Assembly: GCF_964355755.1 (NCBI RefSeq)
Contig: NC_092671.1
Location: 38,078,304-38,142,303 of the forward strand
Direction of reading: 5' to 3'
From: Antedon mediterranea
Lineage: Eukaryota > Animalia > Echinodermata
Length of the DNA stretch: 64,000 nucleotides
Part shown: positions 62,635-64,000 of the stretch, one piece after another
How the letters are laid out: the number at the start of each line of letters is the position of its first letter
How positions within the stretch are numbered: position 1 is the first letter of the stretch
The notes under the pieces: generated by a model
Told to the model about the DNA's origin: nothing
Seen by the model: the letters and a program-made list of their open reading frames with translations, nothing else
The model's database searches: none
Position numbers and translations under genes: made by a program

Positions 62635-62871
62635 CTAGTATATTTCATTGAATTTCTGCATTATTGTTGACAATTTATTTTCAACTATTAATTGATGTGT
62701 TGATTGTGGCATTACAGCAATAGCTTGTCTTCTGTGATTGTTCATCCATTTTAAAGTGTCATAGTAAGAAACGTTCAAATAAATATTGTGAATGTTGCTA
62801 CCACATTTTGTGTTGATTTCTTCACCATTTTCCACTACTTGCTCATATTGTTCATTCAAGCGTGTTAATAC
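62635..62871 (-). other. Possible terminal coding exon of an unidentified spliced gene
   Basis: Pyrimidine tract and TAG acceptor at 62872, then 78 open codons to a stop; no recognisable domain. Confidence 0.3.
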
Positions 62872-64000
62872 CTATTAAAAGAAAGACATTATTTATTAAA
62901 ATATGTACATAAAAAGTTTAATTGTGTGAATGTTGGTTTGAACGTTATTGCTTTGGAAGAATTTTCAACATAACGGTACTAAGTACTGTAAAGTACACAT
63001 TCCAAAAAATATTCAACTTAGATTATTTGGTCATTTTCTCTAAAATAATTACATTATTGGATGTACAGTATAGGCCTAGTTACAATTTTCACAAATTTAT
63101 ATTAGCATTAAAATCTAATTAATCATGAAGGAAAAACCAAGCACCATAATCTCTCCTGGCCCTGGTGGTGACCTTATTTTCGATTTTTGGCAGCCATTCA
63201 CAAGTTTTCGCTTTTTGAGTTTCGCTGCTCTTATGTATAATTTTTTTTAATCACAAACTCTACATAGAAAAGAAAATTAAATGTTTTAAAATGAATGAAA
63301 AGTGATATGAATAATGAAAAATTAAAGACTATTATTAATATTATAGTATTATACTATTACTAAAAATAAAACGAGTTGGTGGGTGTCGAAATTCACACAA
63401 GTCACAATAAAACCATGGAGGTATAAAATATTTTATTTTTATACCTCCATGCTAAAACCTTATTCCTTACTCCATGCTCACAGATGAATGTTATAGGCCT
63501 AATCCTATTTAAAGCTAGGTTGGCAATAACTATTAATAAGGCTTACAAGTTGTATCTATTAGTATTAGCTAGGCCTGCTACTCACTCAGGGTGAACCCTC
63601 ACTCAGGCCTACAACTAGGCCTAGTACTACTACCACTACTAGACTAGCTACTACTCTAGGCCTAGCCTAGCCAATAGATAGGGGATAGTACACTAGATAG
63701 CCAGTACAGCTGTAATGGGCTAGCTAGGCTTCCTATACTAACTAACAAAGCTGCACCATAGAAACTACAGTTCTTACTTACCAATCTGCTAGGGCCTAGC
63801 CATAGTCTTTTCTTCAAGTAGGAGTTGTTTTTTTTGTTGTTAAACTACAGAACTTTCCCACATCGTCGTCTCGCCATATCACGTCGTATTTTTTTTCTGA
63901 TGACCTAGAGGTCACATACACGCGCAAGAATCATACAATATGCATAATTCATAAGCTAATTCAGGTCAAGGGTTAAATTAAACCGGAAGCCAGCTGGCTG

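Overview
AT-rich eukaryotic (animal; probably a marine invertebrate, possibly an echinoderm, which is a weak inference) genomic window made almost entirely of nested transposable elements, with no confidently identifiable host protein-coding gene. In order: (1) the 3' part of a frameshifted Gypsy element with its 3' LTR; (2) a mosaic of LINE fragments; (3) a TIR-bounded ~200-bp tandem array; (4) a near full-length RTE-X-like LINE whose PHD+esterase ORF1 is in frame with ORF2; (5) a Crack/L2-type LINE with a 2A-like motif; (6) several MITEs; (7) a minus-strand Troyka-like Gypsy element with CG...CG LTR termini, carrying a nested Copia element and a LINE tail; (8) an ~8.5-kb foldback structure built from two opposed arrays of a 95-bp hairpin unit; (9) a DIRS tyrosine-recombinase retrotransposon; (10) a non-autonomous LTR element whose two LTRs differ almost only at one terminus. 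All coordinates were counted by hand and may be off by a few bases. Clade names come from motif recognition, not database searches.
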